64,000 nucleotides of DNA, from NCBI GenBank assembly GCA_905178155.1, contig CAJINV010000011.1, forward strand, positions 134,154 to 198,153, given 5' to 3'. This stretch comes from Amoebophrya sp. A120. Lineage: Eukaryota > Protista > Dinoflagellata. The position numbers and the translations under genes were made by a program. Positions 63,467-64,000 of the stretch are shown here, in pieces (position 1 is the stretch's first letter; each line of letters begins with the position of its first letter). A model generated the notes under the pieces. The model worked only from the letters and a program-made list of their open reading frames with translations. It did no database searches and had not been told where the DNA came from.

Positions 63467-64000
63467 TATTGTAACAAGAGCACTATGCAACAAAGCAGGG
63501 GGTGCCACTGCAGCGACTACGATCTGCGTCGCCTGTGACTGATGCTCAACCTCAAAAGCGACGAATCAATATGTTTCTTTGTAGAAATATACCTTCAGCG
63601 AGAAACTCTTGGCGTACTGCTCCGCAGTCGTTATCGCGTTCGCGAAGAGCACATTCGAGCCAGACGACGATGCGCCGGATGCGCTTCTATGCATTGCAAA
63701 AGCATCGCTTCTGTACTAGTACAACAAGTTGCATACCCAATTTTTCTTCTAAACCCAGAGTCGAGGCATCTTCTTATGCTAGATCGCTTGGAAGGTTAGA
63801 TTTGTCATGCATGGTTGATGATAAGATTACAACGAGTTGTACAGGAGCATCACTTTTGCAGTGGATAGCTGCCGGCGGCACTGGATGTTGCACTGGATGA
63901 TGAGCTACCAGACGCCGACGCGGAACTAGAAGTCCCGGACGACGCTGCTGCTCCGGCCTGCAGGATGACACTTGCGCTCGACCCGGCCTGGTGCCCAGGG

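Overview
This is eukaryotic protist genomic DNA. GC-rich exons are broken by many short non-canonical introns bounded by short direct repeats and sub-terminal inverted repeats. That architecture matches what is known for the syndinian dinoflagellate Amoebophrya; the organism call is an inference. Almost all host genes lie on the minus strand, and the only one clearly recognisable is an EXD2/Mut-7-like DEDDy exonuclease (41.7-47.7 kb). The main discovery is a 13,850-bp DNA transposon (11602-25451) with ~80-bp imperfect TIRs and a perfect 6-bp TSD (CTCTCC). It carries, on the plus strand, an intron-split DDE transposase with hAT-like motifs (D, TD, CxxH, TRW, E) that appears fused to a long unknown C-terminal extension, plus a roughly 700-aa unknown cargo gene. 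The element and a 98-bp hairpin satellite both sit inside one introner-type intron (11455-28910, 17.5 kb) whose two ends still match and restore a host reading frame. The window also has a 150/293-bp satellite (3.3-6.5 kb), a TA-flanked TIR element spanning an assembly gap (61.5-63.5 kb), and several MITE-like inverted-repeat structures. All exon models were read by eye and are approximate.
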